Of a stretch of DNA of 64,000 bases, positions 12,256 to 25,474 are shown piece after piece. The position numbers and the translations under genes are program-made. The notes beneath the pieces are model-generated. The model saw nothing but the letters and a program-made list of their open reading frames with translations, had not been told where the DNA came from and ran no database searches. Every line of letters starts with the position of its first letter. Within the stretch, counting starts at the first letter, position 1. The stretch is from Malacoraja senta (taxonomy: Eukaryota): contig CM075989.1 in assembly GCA_038087875.1 (NCBI GenBank), forward strand, positions 8,930,001-8,994,000, in the 5' to 3' direction.

Positions 12256-13291
12256 TAATAACATGGTGTTTAACTTCTTCTTCTTATCGAGTACACACAC
12301 ACGATTAGAAGTTGTTCCGCCAGAGTTGAACACACATCTCGGCACCTGCATACAATGGGGTCTGTCTTGTCGCTTCTTGTGCGTGGTGGTGGTGGAAGGA
12401 TTGGTGGAAACGTGAAGGGCCGCGACGTGAACGCTCTTTCCTTGACCCTGGCTTTAACTACAATGAACCTACAAACCTCTGTGAGAGGGGAAAGAGTTAA
12501 TAGGAACCTGAGGGGCACATTCTTCGTACAGAGAGTGGTGGGTATATGTTGCCGGAGGAGGTGGTTTGGACAGGTACAATAACAACATTTAAAAGACATT
12601 TAGACAGGTACATGGATAGGGAAGGTTTCGAGGTATATGGGCCAAACGGCAGTAGGTGGGACGAGTGAGAATGGGACATCTTGGTCGGCGTGGAATAGTT
12701 GGGCCGAAGGGCCTGTATGACTCTATGACTATGATGGCTGTATTCCACTATGAACCATGTCATCAATCAGCATTGCATTTACAGCAGCCCTCATAAAAAC
12801 AAACTGAAAGCCACGAAAATTGGAGTAGCAACCATATTAAATCGTCAGTCCATCATCTCGAGACGCAAAGTCCACCATCTGTGCTCTATGCTGGTATCAT
12901 TTATAAAATCACTAAGGGATTACTACATAGCCTGAAACACTCCATTAACGCAGGATTATATTACACCCTAACTTCATGTTATCCAATATCCAATATTGAC
13001 CATCCATCCCCTTTGCTCTTTCTCTTGTGAAAACATTCCCCCATTATCTCTGCTCAGACTCCAGCTCTCTAGTTGTGTATCCTGTACATCTTTGCTCAAG
13101 TTTAGTAAATGCATTTCACAACGCACTGATTGCGTCACTCAGGTACATTGTTTTAGGCACACATATAATTGTAGTTGAAGACATTTACAGCACAGAAAGT
13201 GTCCACTTTGTTCTTGCAGGCCAAGGAAGAGCTATCTAGTCTAATCCAACTATAAAGACTGCGCTTATTATGGTGTATATCCAAGCACTTA

Positions 13292-13964
13292 AGCCCCTGT
13301 TCCACTTACGTGTCCTTCGCACGCTAATTGAGGCGCGACGGTCCCGCGAGGGTCGCGCGTGACTTCATGCGTCTGCACAGCCGTCTGGAGCGCGTGACGT
13401 CATTTGAAGAGGGACACAAAATGCAGGAGTAACTCAGCGGACCGGCAGCATCTCTGGAGAGAAGCAATGGGTGATGTTTCGGGTCGAGACACTTCTTCAG
13501 TCTGAAAGAAGGGTCTTGACCCGAAACGTCATCCATTCCTTCTCTCCAGAAATGCTGCCGGTCCCGCTGAGTTACTCCTGCATTTTGTGTCTATCTTCAA
13601 TTTTCTTGGCCCCGCTCTGGGAGTAGAAGTGGGGGCGGATCCGGACCGCAACGGCCGTGAGCCCCAGGCCGAGCTCGGCGATCGTTTGCCTGCTTCTGCT
13701 GCTGTTGGAGGTGAGATGTTGCGTCGCGCCAGGGTCTTGGGCCTGTCCCACTTTGGCCGTCAGTTACGCGACAGGCCGGTGGCGCGTGAAGATTTCGTTC
13801 GCTACAAAATGTCGGAGCGCCGCGCGATACCGCGAACAGCTCCATACCCCTCCACGCTTCTCAGTGGGACCGGCCCCGCGCGGCCACACGATGCCCGTGC
13901 GCCTCAATGCGACGACGAGGTCGCATAATTTGAGTGCCAGGGACACGTAAGTGGGACAGGGTCT
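13292..13964 (+). mobile_element. PIF/Harbinger-type MITE family B carrying an embedded fold-back PLE element
   Basis: TIR ag(c/a)ccctgt(t/c)ccacttacgtgtcc, TTA TSD on both sides, CpG-rich; palindrome at 13404-13600 inside. Confidence 0.85.
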
Positions 13965-15156
13965 TTAGAGTCAAAGAGCCGTGCAGCTTAAGTCTGGAAT
14001 CATACAGCACAGAAACAGGCTCTGTCCACACCAGCCATCAAGAATCCATCTATATTAATCCTACTCTGATCCCACTTTACATGTCCCATAAACCTTTCAA
14101 CTCCTCCTGAACTTCTATCGCTTACCTACACACCAGGGCCATGTATTGTGGCCAATTAACCTGCACATCTTCAGGGTGTGAGACTTCTGAAATGCAGTGT
14201 GGGTTCCTGCCTCCACCGAGACATTTCTCCTCATCTCCCTTTCCCAGTTATTTCAAGACACTGCCACTTGTCATTGACTTCCTGCCCAGGGGAATACGTT
14301 CCATCCTATCCGAGGATCTGCGAACACACTCTCTACACTTCCTCTATTCTTTACCATACACTACCATTTACTGTGTATTGCCCTGCCTTGTATATGCATG
14401 TGGTGGATTAATAGACCTGCTCTGTAACTTGTCATTCTGTAAATGACTCTAAATTTCTGGTCATGTTCTTTTCATTTGCCTGCAAAGATGCGAATGTGTT
14501 GCTCAACTGGGCAATGACTCCTCGATAACATACCGGCAAGGGTTTGTTGCTTGGGACCAACTAGACTAAATGGCAGAGGGATACTGGGCTGAATGGTTCA
14601 TTCTCATGTGTAACTGCTCACTTCTATTAATCTCCTTCCACAAATAAAACATGTCTCTGACCATTTTATTAAATGCTATTTCACAGTGCGGTCACAACCA
14701 CTATTCCCAGTGACTAACACATTCATTTCCATTCCCTTTGCCCACTGCAACAGTAGCAATAACCACCTTTCCAAATCCATCCTAATCTCATTTGGCATCA
14801 AGATTCAATTTGCTCTAGGATGTGAACGGCACTGGTGCTAAACTGTAACGGCCCTGATGTTCCTTTGGATCGATCAGCGACGTGGAGAGGGGGGTCGTGC
14901 TGCATGGGCAACCACCTTTCCTCCATATGACATCGCCCAGGCTTGCATCCGACCAGGATGCATCACCCATGGTCAGTCATTACCGGGGGAGGGCCTACTA
15001 CTAGGATGTACTGTCTATCCCAGAACGACTAATGTCTACATTCTACACATTCCTTGGTTCCATGGGGAAAAAAAAGTAATTTACAGCAAGCATTAGGGAA
15101 CGCTGAAAATATATACGTCGATTTTTAAATGTGAAGAGCACCAGTGTTTTTGTATT

Positions 15157-15399
15157 GTGTAGGAAGGAACCAGCAGATGCTGATTTATACCAAAGATAGA
15201 CACAAAGTGCTGGAGTAACTCAGCGGGTCAGGCAGCATCTCTGGAGAAAAGGAATAGGTGGCGTTTCGGGCTGGAACCTGTCTTCAGGCGGAAAGTGGAG
15301 TCAGTCTGAAGAGGGTTCATAACCAAAACGCACCTATTCCTTTCCCCCAGAGATGCTGCCAGACTCGCTGAGTTACTCCAGCACTTTGTGCCGATCTTT
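15157..15399. mobile_element. Fold-back PLE-derived element, subfamily B
   Basis: gtaggaaggaac..gatgctg..agacacaaagtgctggagtaactcagcggg arm and its reverse complement. Confidence 0.8.
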
Positions 15400-16077
15400 A
15401 GTATTTGCTTTGTTTTGGCTTCAATCTTATGTGGTCATTCTGATAGTCAAGCAGTTGATGCATTATTTTAATTTGAGACGACATTTATGTAATGTGCTGA
15501 GTAGTGTGTGGTTTAGCTTTTAAATTGAAAAGACTCCTTGCCTAATTGATGGAAGTGACCGTGCCCAAAATCAGTGGAGTTTAATTACAGTGAGCGGTTG
15601 ATTGCCGTTTTAAATTCTGATGAAAGACCATTGCTGGAAAATGACTCTCTTTCCCATCACGGGTTTGTCTCTCAGCTGCAGCGACTTTTGTTGGACAGAT
15701 TTCCAGCACCTGCAGCATTTTGCTTCTGTGTTAGAATCTAATCTCTGCTGGTGTTTGTGAATGCAACAGAATGTGTGAGGTGCTCGCTCTGGGTTACATT
15801 GGAAGTAACATGTAACAATACCCTCTAATTACATTCATTCTTCTCAAGTGTGACGGGATTTATTGTTTCTCTTTTTTTATATTTCAAAACGTGATGCTCA
15901 CTCTGCAAAAGTGAACAGTGACTGGTTCATCGGTTGCGAGACATGTGGATGTGGTGGGATGAAGCCCTCCATTGTAAGTAATAAATTTGCAAGGAGATGG
16001 CAAAAAATAAAGACATTTAGTACATGGATAGGAAAGGTTTATGGAAAGTTGGGCCCAATACAGGCTGGTGGGACAAG

Positions 16078-16589
16078 TAGGGTCGCCAACTTTCTCACTC
16101 GCAAATAAGGGACAAAAGGACAAAATAAGGGACAAATTCCCGACGGCAATTCGTTGACCGACTCGGCCGTGGCTGGGTGAATGATGAGTTGGCCCGGGTG
16201 CTGGACCGTACACAAAGCCCAGCAGACGGGCCAGCTGAGGAGTTTTGGCCCGGGCCGCGCGACGCCGCGCGCAAAGTCCGGAACCCCATCCAACTCATGA
16301 ACCGATGATCGGCCATGTGGTGGTGCTGTCGGCGGTAAGTGAAGGTCCGAAGGTCGGACAGCTGGCCGGGCTGCCGACCGACCGACGGGGCCACGGGCGA
16401 GGTGCTGCTGCTGCACTCCATGGGCTGCACTACGTCGGGATGGGTGAGGCAGGGCCGGACGCGGCGCTCCGACCCGACTGTCCGCTCGACCAGAGTGGTA
16501 GCAGTCAAATACAGGACAAGGGTGGTCCCGTATGGGACAAACCAATATACGGGATGTCCCGGCTAATACGGGACAGTTAGGAAACCCTA
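16078..16589. mobile_element. hAT (Blackjack-like) MITE inserted in a CR1 3' tail
   Basis: Termini tagggtcgccaac / gttaggaaacccta; 8-bp TSD gggacaag/cggacaag; subterminal GGGACA repeats. Confidence 0.8.
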
Positions 16590-17609
16590 CGGACAAGCAT
16601 AGATGGGGTATATTGGTTGGCATGGAAAAGGTAGAGACAAAGCCACCTATCTCCATGCTGTATGACTCTATGAGGTATTTTAATCTAACGCTCTGGTTAG
16701 ATCTTCCTGTCTCTTCCCTAAGGAGATCAATTCAATTAACTTGTTTTCCTTTTCAATGTTTAATCCTATCACCAAAACAATAGTCTAGACTCCAGAAAAG
16801 GCCAATGCTTTGTATCCAACAATGCCCATCGCTTGCTCCATTTGCCTGTTTTGTCTACTTAATGGCTGGAGCTTTTCCACCTTCACCATTAACTTTTCAG
16901 ACGGGCGCTCGTTTTGAAGTGGTTTCCTATTGATAGAAATTGCTGCGCTGGTTCAATGAAGCACCTCAGCGCTAATGGCTTCCCTCATCGTGTTCCCTGG
17001 CAAGCGGCAAAGAGTGCTGTCTTGCGTTATTCATCCAGCCCCAGTGCTTTCCAGCTCTGTAAACCTTCCACTCCAATGCACTTTGAAGGCATTGATCACA
17101 TGCCTGCCCTTCTCCCAGCCTCGAGTGAATATCTCTGCATCTTGCTATTTATCTTGTGATGTTGCTTGACCTCCTTTTCAAAGCTGGACTAGTGAAAGGA
17201 ATGTTCATCCCCTGTCTTTTATTAGAAACTCTCGCTTGAAACATCTCTCTTAGTATTGCGAAGGTTCACTGCAAACATGCTTTATCTGGACACTGCTGAT
17301 TTCGCTCTCCAATGTCTAAAGGCAAGGCTTCACTTAAATTGACAGATTCGCCTCCCCATTCTACAAGTAAAACTTGTGATAAACCACAGGACTAATGTGG
17401 AATGATTAAACTGAGCCATAGCGCCAACATGTTGCTGAGTTGCATTGCGTTTGTGCTGGGCATCGAGAACCTCAAGTCCATGCACTGTTAACCCCATGTA
17501 AACAACAGAAGGGGTGCATCACCTCATGAATTACCATCTACCCACCCCGTCACATACCGTCTGTCCCTGTCTACAGTTCCCACATTGGCCTCACAAGCCA
17601 CGCAGAACC

Positions 17610-17896
17610 GGCACAGTGGCGCAGCGGTAGAGTTACTGCCTCACAGCGCCAGAGACCTGGGTTCGATTCTGACTCTGAGTGCGGTCTGTATGGAGTTTGT
17701 ACATTCTCCCTGTGACCATGTCGACTTTTTGCTGGGTGCTCCGGTTTCCTCCCACATTCCAAAGACGTGCAGGTTTGTAGGCTAATTGGCTTCTAGTAAA
17801 TTGTCCCTAGTGTGTAGGATAGAACTAGTGCAGGGGTGATTGCTGGTTGGAGTGGACTCGGTGGACTGAAGGGCCTGTTTCCACGCTGTATCTCTA
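17610..17896 (+). mobile_element. V-SINE (HE1-like), full length
   Basis: A/B boxes, V-domain and tail. Further copies at about 2285-2570, 7746-8180, 18575-18790, 19755-20035, 42718-43024, 56090-56575 (+) and 18215-18515, 24415-24760, 35250-35490, 36645-36920, 37520-37745 (-). Confidence 0.85.
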
Positions 17897-18904
17897 GAGT
17901 CGAACGTGTAACCCACTGCCAAAGTACTGCCCGACTTAACAATTACGTGAAGGTCCATTGTAAATTCTATTGTATTCATTCACAAGATGCAGCCATTGTA
18001 AGCGTTCAGTGCTCACCTCCAAGTGCCCTTACACTGAGTGGTTTGTTGGTCCCAAGGCTGAAGACGAGTTGATTGCATTGCCAGGAATCTGGATTCATAT
18101 AACACTCCAAAGATAGCACAAAGATTTTCTGACGTGCCAAAGTTCATCCAAAGCATTTTTGAACAGTTCAGGACTTTTGAACTACAGTTACAGACATAGT
18201 TTGTCTGCTTGATTTTCTTTGATAGATACAGCATGGAACCAGTCCCATCGGCCCACTGAGTCAAGGCCGACCATCCATCACCAGTTCACACTAGTTCTAT
18301 GTAATCCCACTTTCTCATCCACTCTCTACACACCATGGACAATTTGCAGAGGCCAATTAAACTACAGATCCGCAGGTCTTTGGAAGGTGGGAGGAATCTG
18401 GAGCACCCGGAGGAAACCCATGCAGTCACAGGAAGAACGTGCAAACTCCATACAGACAGCACCCGAGGTCAGGATCAAACTCGAGTCTTTGGTTCCACCA
18501 GCTGCGCCACTGTGTCGTCCTTAAGTCTTTGTGTTAATACTGAGATTAAGTTAGATGTTCATTTGATGGGTGGTCACGGTGGCACAGCGGTGGAGTTGTT
18601 GCCTTACAGCAAAATGCAGCGCCAGAGACCCGGGTTCGATCCCGACTACGGGTGCTGTCTGTATGGAGTTTGTACGTTCTCCCCGTGAGTTTTCTCCCAG
18701 ATCTTCGGTTTCCTCCCACATTCCAAAGACGTACAGGTTTGTAGGTTAATTGGCTTGATTAATTGGCTTGATAAACATGTCAAATTGTCCAAGTTGGCGA
18801 TATGCAGAGTACTGCCCTGCCGACTACAAAATTCCGAAGGTTCAGAAGGTTTGAAGGAAAGGTGATACCTGGGCAACAGCAGGCAGAAAGTGGTTGGGCC
18901 GAAT

Positions 18905-19152
18905 GGTGTACTGCATTCAGTGTTCACAATGTGGTCTCCTCTGCACTGGAGGAAACCAAACACAGACTGGGCGATCAGTTTGTGGAGCATCAGCACTCGG
19001 TCCACAGAGGGGAACTCTCAGCCTCCCATTGCCACCACTTTGATTCCACCTCCCTCCCACTCTGGCCTATTGCTCTGTGGCTTCCTGCTCTTCCACAATG
19101 AACCCCAAAGCAAGCTAGAGAAACAACACCTCATCTCTGCCTGGGCACGTTG
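18905..19152 (+). mobile_element. Degenerate PLE GIY-YIG fragment
   Basis: Frameshifted VYCIQCSQCGLLCTG/ETKHRLGDQFVEH...KLEKQHLI, paralogous to 5419-5716. Confidence 0.75.
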
Positions 19153-21177
19153 AAGACTTCTTCACTTGATACTAAAATTCGACAAGTAGAAACGAGGAAC
19201 TGCAGATGCTGGTTTACAAAAGACACAAAGTGCAGGAGTAACTCGGCGGGTCAAGTTGCATCCTTAGAGAACATGCATAGGTGACCTTTCGCGTTGGAGT
19301 CCTTGAAGGGTCCCGACCTGAAACGTCACCTATCCATGTTCTCCAGGGATGCTGCCTGACCCGCTGAGTTACCCCAGCACTATGTGACTGAACTCGACAG
19401 CTTCTGGTAACTTGAATACTCTGTCTAATGGTCATCCATCTGTGATATTAGCTCAGATTTTATTTTTTTTGCCTTCCCTTTTTCTTCCTCTGGGAGTGTG
19501 GACATATCCAGCCTGATCTGCTGACTATGTCATCCTGCTCTGTATTTTACGCTCCACGTATTATGCAGGAGCATTGCAATACTGCAGTATGGTGAATCTG
19601 GGATATTTTAGTTAGTGTTCCTTCCTTTTCACCTGTCCCCAGGAGTATTACGACCCACATCCTGTAAACAGAGTGCGGCAGCAAGCGCAAGTTAGAAAAT
19701 ACTACAGCCATCGCCTCGTCAGCGCTAAAACAATGTGTGTCCCAATGTCCCATCCACGGTGGTGCAGCGATCAAGTTGCTTCCTTACAGCGCCAGAGACC
19801 CAGGTTCGATCCTGGCTACGGGTGCTGGCTGTACAGAGTTTGTACCTTCTCCCTGGGACCGCGTGGGTTTTCTCCAGCAGCTCCCACCTTCCAAAGACGT
19901 ACAGGTTTGTAGGTTAATTGGTCGCTGTAAAGTGTCCCTAGTATGTAGGATAGAACTAGTGTACGGGTCAGAGCAGACTCAGTGGGCCGAAGGGCCTGTT
20001 TCTACGCTGTATTCTAAACTATACTAAATTAAACTGCACTTCCCTTCCCCGTACAGTGTAGTGAATCTGACCCTTCTTAACCTCCTTCCCACATCCCCCT
20101 CCACCTTACTGCAACCGGGCAGCTTGGGAGAAGAAATTCATTTACACCTTCCACTCCTGAAGCCTTGCTCAAGGTTTCAGAGCTCATGTGGCGATAGTGC
20201 ATTGCTCCAATGTCCGTCTATACAGTCGTCTAACAGGGAACCTGAAGTTCAAACACATCTGAAGAGTTTAATCGCTATTGAAACTAGATTCTGAACATTC
20301 AGCACTGTCCACACAGCCACATACAGAAGAAGGGCCCTGACCAGCGACATCACCTATCCATGTTCTCCGGAGATGCTGTCTGACCCCTTGAGTCACTCCG
20401 GCACTTTGTATGTAAACCAGCACCTGCATTTCCTCCTTTTATACAACCCCAAACAAAGGGTATTCCATCCAATAGACCGAGAAAGAGCAGAGAGGAACGC
20501 AAGAAAGATTCAGAACCTTGGGAGACGCGATAAAGGCAGGTTATGTTGGCAATGTCGATACAAGGAACTACAGATGCCGGTCTACAAAAAAAGACGCAAA
20601 GTGCTGGAGTGACTCATAACGGGTGTCAGGGGTCTTGGGGAGAAGGCAGGAAAATGGGATTAGGAGGCAGAGATCAGCCTGATTGAATGGCGGAGTAGAC
20701 TCGATGGGCCGAATGGCCCAATTCTACTCCTATAACTTGTGAACTTGACAAGCAGCATCTCTGGAGAACATGGATTCCAGGTCAGAGTATGGTTGGAGAG
20801 CAGGGGGGAGCAGGGGGGAGCAGGGGGGGAGCAGTGAGAGAGGGTCTCACAGAAGCACAGGTATGTGGGGAATATGGACAGAGCCATTAAATTGCAGCGT
20901 TGGTAACAGATTGCACAAATGGCCAAAACTGCTCAAAACGATTGGCAAATGATGAGGGACATAAAATACATAGACGGTGAAGAGATAGAGTCTGTGGAGG
21001 GCCAAAGGGACGAGGGTTCCGGTACATCTAAGGGAGACACACATGAGCCGTTTGAAACACACTACTTTCCACCAAGAGTTAAATGATGGGGAAAGGTTAC
21101 ACAAGATAAGGCCGTAGACTCCGTAATCTGGAAGGATAAGGAGTGATAAGGAGTGATTTGATTTAGGTTTTCAAGAT

Positions 21178-21284
21178 GTTTAAGGAAGAACTGCAGATGC
21201 TGGAAAAATCAAAGGTAGACAAAAATGCTGGAGAAACTCGGCTGCCTCAGAAACCCGTTGAGTTTCTCCAGCTTTTTGTCTACC
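21178..21284. mobile_element. Fold-back PLE-derived element with deleted centre
   Basis: Exact 15-bp TSD ttaggttttcaagat at 21163-21177 and 21285-21299. Confidence 0.85.
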
Positions 21285-21704
21285 TTAGGTTTTCAAGATT
21301 ATTGAGGTAAACTGATTCTATAGATGAAGGGAAATTATTTTCACTGTTGTCGAAGATGAAAATAAAAACAGTCCCAAGCTTAGAGTCAGGCCTTTCAAGA
21401 ACAAAGTAAGGATTTTATTGTGCCTTGCAATGGGAGGAATGAGCTTTCTTCTTTTGTAAATAATAATGATTCCAGGTCGGTGGTCAACTTCAAATCTGAG
21501 ATTGGCAGATTCTTGTTAAACAAATTATTAAGAGATGTAGGGACAAACATCACAATGGTGATGGGTCACAGGTCAGCCTTATCTCATTGAGTGTTGGAAG
21601 GAACTGCAGATGCTGGTTTATACCGAAGGTGGACACAAAGTGCTGGAGTAACTCAGCGGGTCAGGCAGCATCTCTGGAGAAAAAGGATAGATGATGTTTC
21701 AGGT

Positions 21705-22385
21705 CGTAATGGCTGCCTCGCTAACGGTCTGTCTCGTCCCTTCCTCCTTTGTTGTTTGAGAATATGTGTCAAATGTATGTTTTAATGTTCTTTAGCTTGT
21801 TTTATGTGGGGGGTGGGTTGGAAGAAACTTTTTTTAATCTCTTGCCTCGACGGAGATGCGATTTCTTTCCATATCGTATCTCTGTCCGCACTGCGGCCTA
21901 ACATCGTGGAGTAGGCGGCCTCTTGCTGGTGATCGACTTTGGGAGTTTCAACCGCGGGAGCCTGCAGAACTTAACATTGTGGAGCTGGCGGTTCCTGTCG
22001 GGATCGACCTTGGAAGCTCCAACTGCGGGAGCCTGTGGATTTTAACATCATGGAGCTGGCGATCCCTGGTTAGGGACCAACTTCAAGAGCTGCAAGCCGC
22101 AGGAGCTTCGACCGCCCCGACGTGGGAGATTCGACCGCTGGCTGCGGGAGCTTCGATCACCCCGACTGCGGATGGTTCGACTGCCCCGACCACGGTAGAT
22201 TAAAGAGGATGAAGATTATACTTTATTGTCTTCCATCACAGTGAGGAATGTGGAATCCGCTGTGGTGGATGTTTATGTTAACTTTTATGTAGTGGTGTGT
22301 CTTGTTGCTTTTGGCTGTATGGTAAGTCGAGTTTCACTGTACCTTATTTGGTACACGTGACAATAAACAGACCTTTGAACCTTTG
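21705..22385 (+). mobile_element. GC-rich non-coding SINE-like element with a Rex-like tail, inserted at the centre of a fold-back element
   Basis: Internal imperfect repeats (gcgggagc..tcgac..ccccgac); tail gtacacgtgacaataaa..(cctttga); fold-back arms at 21591-21704 and 22390-22573. Confidence 0.55.
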
Positions 22386-22997
22386 TGTCTTTGACCCTTT
22401 TCTTCAGAAGAAAGGTTCCGACCCAAAACGTCACCTATTACTTTTCTCCAGAGAATTTGCCTGACCTACGGAGTTACTGAAGGACGGTTCTAACCCGAAA
22501 CAAGACCTATTCCTTTTCTCCAGAGAATCTGCCTGACCCGCTGAGTTACTCCAACACTTTGTGTCTATCTTCATTAAGTGTTGGAACAGGTTAGATGGGC
22601 CGAGTGGCCTCCTTCTTCCTCCTATCTCTGCAGGCAGTTAATTGGGTTGGATGACATAATAACTGAATTGTGTCTGTGGGGACCGGCTTCAATTACATTT
22701 GCAATTATTAACTCTGAAGAAAGACACAACAAAGAGCTCCAAAATAAGGGAGAGCAACAAATTGCCTTTTCCTGCCAACGTGCTGAGGTTATAATGGGCC
22801 TTTGACGGTTTCTTATCTCGTTGCTGGAGGCACAAGAGAAGAACGCAGCTGACAATTCACTGTGAAACTTTAGGCTTCAGCTGCACAGTCCTGCTTCCTA
22901 TTTCCTCTCAGCAATATTCCCAAACAATCAAAGGCTGTCGTCGTTTAAGGTTTCTTCTACCCTGTAGTCCTACAGGGGCCTGAGCCCTCTGTCACCT

Positions 22998-22998
<1 letters not shown>

Positions 22999-23069
<71 letters not shown>
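22999..23069. repeat. (AG)n microsatellite
   Basis: Seen directly. Confidence 0.97.
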
Positions 23070-23071
<2 letters not shown>

Positions 23072-24849
23072 CAATTCAAGCATTTGGAAGCAATGAAGTG
23101 GACCAGAAGGATTAGTGTCTATTAAGCGACTTTGAGTCCTGAAAAGCGCTATATAAAATAAATGTATTATTATTATTATTCTAACCATGAGATATGCAAA
23201 TTAAAAAAACCCTATGAATAGAATCATAGAGTCAAAGAGTGATACAGTGTGGAAACAGGCCCTTTGGCCCAACTTGCCCACACCGGTCAACATGTCCCAG
23301 CTACACTAGTTCCACCTGTCTGCGTTTGGTCCATATCCCTCCAAACTTGTCCTATCCATGTAGCTGTCTAGTCCTGACCCGAAACGCTGTCTGTCCATTC
23401 ACTCTCCAGATGCTGACTGACCCACTTTTTTTGTTGTTGAACATATCACCTTTTGACTTCGAGGTGAAAATTCAGTTTCTGATGGCCAAAGGCCCTGCAT
23501 AGAAAACCCTCGCCATTATTAGATAATAATGAATGTCTTAAATACCAGAGGTAACACAACCATCAACATCCAGTACTTTTAATCTAAATAAAATGCCCGG
23601 AGCCATTTGGCCACATAGAAACATTGAAAAGTGCAGCACGGGAACAGGCCCATCAGCCCACAATGCTTGTGTCGCGTATGACGCCAAGCCAAACTAATCA
23701 TATCTCCTGCACATGATCCATACCCCTCCATTCCCTACATATGCATGTGCCAATCTCAAAGCCTCTTAAAGGCCAATATAGTCCCTGTCCCCATCACTAC
23801 CCCTGGCAGCATCTTCTCTTGCTAGTGGCCCTGGTTACAGGGTTATATGCGAGAGTCAGCAACATGGACAGTGCGGCACTCCCTCGATACTGCACCGGGA
23901 GTGTCAGCCGGCCTTTGTGCTTACATTTAGGGAATGAATAAGATCCTGACCTGAAATACCATCTGTCCATTCACTCCACAGATGCTGCCTGACCCATTGA
24001 GCTCCCCCAGCATTTTGTTCTCATTGTTGAACACATCGCCTCTTGTCTTAGAGGTGAAAATTCAGTTCCTGATGGCCAAAGGCCCCTGCATTGTAAACCT
24101 TCGCCATGATTAGCTAATAGTTGTTAGGACAAGCTCGTTCAAGGTTAGCTCCTCTGCCGAGGTTGGACTGCGCCTCAGGCTATCCAAATCCAGCTGGATT
24201 GCTGTGGGAATGCTGTGTGGCCCAGGGCTGGGGAATATTAGCCTGCCTCTTCTTCCCCATCTCTTACACCCCGCTGACCTGCTAAATCAACTTCAATTAG
24301 TTAAGACTGGATTTCAGAGCATTGTGGAAAAATAATATTTGATTTTGTTAATCATGATAATTTGTAATAGCTGATAGTGCATTTGTGTCCGGGGATAAAA
24401 ATGGCTTCAACATTCAGTTTGTTTAGAGATACAACATGGAAATGGACCATTCGGCCCACCGAGTCCCCGCTGACCATCGATCACCCGTTATCCTACATTT
24501 GCAGCAATTCCCTACAAACTTGTGGCAATTCTCAGAAGCCAATTAGCCTACTGTCTGCACGTCTTTGGGATGTGGGAAGAAACCCACGTGGTCACAGGGA
24601 GAATGTGGAAACTCCGCACAGACAGCATTTGAGGTCAGCATCGAACCTGTGCTTCTGACGAGAATGTACGAACTCCTTCCAAACAGCACCCACAGTCAGG
24701 ATCAAACCTGGGTCTCTGGCGCTGTAAGGCAGCGTACTCTGCCGCTGCGCCACCGTGGCGCCCTGAAAAGGTCTGAGAACTTGAGGAATGTGGGGAGAAT
24801 GGGGCAGACAAACTGGACTATGGTCACCGATGCCTGATGCACCAGAATA

Positions 24850-25474
24850 TAGATACATAGATACATAGAAAATAGGTGCAGGAGTAGGCCATTCGGCCCT
24901 TCGAGCCTGCACCGCCATTCAATATGATCATGGCTGATCATCCAACTCAGTATCCCGTACCTGCCTTCTCTCCATACCCCCTGATCCCCTTAGCCACAAG
25001 GGCCACATCTAACTCCCTCTTAAATATAGCCAATGAACTGGCCTCAACTACCCTCTGTGGCAGAGAGTTCCAGAGATTCACCACTCTCTGTGTGAAAAAG
25101 TTTTTCCTCATCTCGGTCTTAAAGGATTTCCCCCTTATCCTTAAGCTGTGACCCCCTTGTCCTGGACTTCCCCAACATCGGGAACAATCTTCCTGCATCT
25201 AGCCTGTCTAACCCCATAAGAATTTTGTACGTTTCTATAAGATCCCCTCTCAATCTCCTAAATTCTAGCGAGTATAAGCTAAGTCTATCCAGTCTTTCTT
25301 CATATGAAAGTCCTGACATCCCAGGAATCAGTCTGGTGAACATTCTCTGCACTCCCTCTATGGCTATAATGTCCTTCCTCAGTTTTGGAGGCCAAAACTG
25401 TACGCAATACTCCAGGTGTGGTCTCTCCAAGACCCTGTACAACTGCAGTAGAACCTCCCTGCTCCTATACTCAA
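24850..25474 (-). mobile_element. CR1 LINE 3' fragment (one frameshift)
   Basis: ORFs 25119-25442 and 24947-25198 carry RPHLEYCVQFW and FFTQRVVNLWNSLP; (tatctatg)n tail. Confidence 0.95.

Noticed and set aside
13657..13950. 97-aa signal-peptide-like ORF repeated at 62668-62961
   Set aside because: Both lie within copies of GC-rich MITE B and do not begin with ATG; similarity is explained by recent transposition
16095..16580. CpG-rich block as a CpG-island promoter or exon (also 9887-10375)
   Set aside because: Bounded by TIRs and TSDs, so these are MITE interiors
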